Source: Eledone cirrhosa (lineage: Eukaryota). Taken from it: a stretch of 64,000 nucleotides of DNA. A model generated the notes under the pieces. It saw nothing but the letters and a program-made list of their open reading frames with translations, was not told the DNA's origin and searched no databases. The stretch is taken from NCBI GenBank assembly GCA_964016885.1, contig OZ024742.1, forward strand, positions 29,078,001 through 29,142,000. Direction: 5' to 3'. Both the position numbers and the translations under genes were made by a program. The first letter of the stretch is position 1. The number at the start of each line of letters is the position of its first letter. Shown piece after piece: positions 63,480 through 64,000 of the stretch.

Positions 63480-64000
63480 AACAGCAACAGCAGCAGCAGG
63501 AAGAGCAGAAACAACATCAGCAGCAGTGGCAACAGCAGCAGCAACAGCTGCTAAAAGTACATCAGCAGCAGTGGCAACAGCAGCAACAACAGCAGCTAGA
63601 AGTACATCAGAAGCAGTGGCAACAGCAGCAGCAACAGCAGCTATAAGTACATCAGCAGCATTGGCAACGGCAGCAACAACAGCAGCTAAAAGTACACAGC
63701 AGCAGTGGCAACAGCAGCAGCTAAAAGTACAACAGCAGCAGTGGCAACAGCAGCAACAACAGCAGCTAGAAGTACATCAGCAGCAGTGGCAACAACATCA
63801 GCAGCAGTGGCAACAGCAGCAACAACAGCAGCTAGAAGTACATCAGCAGCAGTGGCAACAGCAGCAACAACAGCAGCTAGAAGGACTACAGCAGCAGTGG
63901 CAACAACAGCAGCAAGAGCAGCTAAAAGTACATCAGCAGCAACAGCAGCTAAAAGTACATCAGCAACAGTGGCAACAACAGCAGCAACAACAGCTAAAAA
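63480..64000 (+). repeat. ~45-bp CAG/CAA-derived minisatellite running off the window
   Basis: Unit acatcagcagcagtggcaacagcagcaacaacagcagcta(a/g)aagt. Confidence 0.92.

Overview
AT-rich, repeat-saturated eukaryotic DNA with no convincing host gene. The tRNA-derived SINE families suggest an octopus-like cephalopod (inference). The first ~15 kb is a (TA)n microsatellite field with non-repetitive islands. One island is a near-intact Penelope-like retroelement (PLE; RT with YRDD, CxCx5C linker, C-terminal GIY-YIG). A second, divergent PLE of the same type lies on the minus strand at 30.5-32.7 kb. The main discovery is four minimal type-I hammerhead ribozyme motifs with palindromic stem III, belonging to three different elements next to the (TA)n arrays (3053-3110 +, 7911-7957 +, 8784-8873 -, 9378-9467 -). 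The last two sit in a non-coding, retrozyme-like tandem element and carry a compensatory U3-A8 core; their predicted cleavage sites are 594 nt apart. The middle region holds SINEs and CRE- and RTE-type LINE fragments. From 36.55 to 62.31 kb there is a ~477-copy 54-bp satellite with variable higher-order repeats, bounded by a GTTGACA microhomology. Nearly all ORFs in the supplied track are repeat artefacts.
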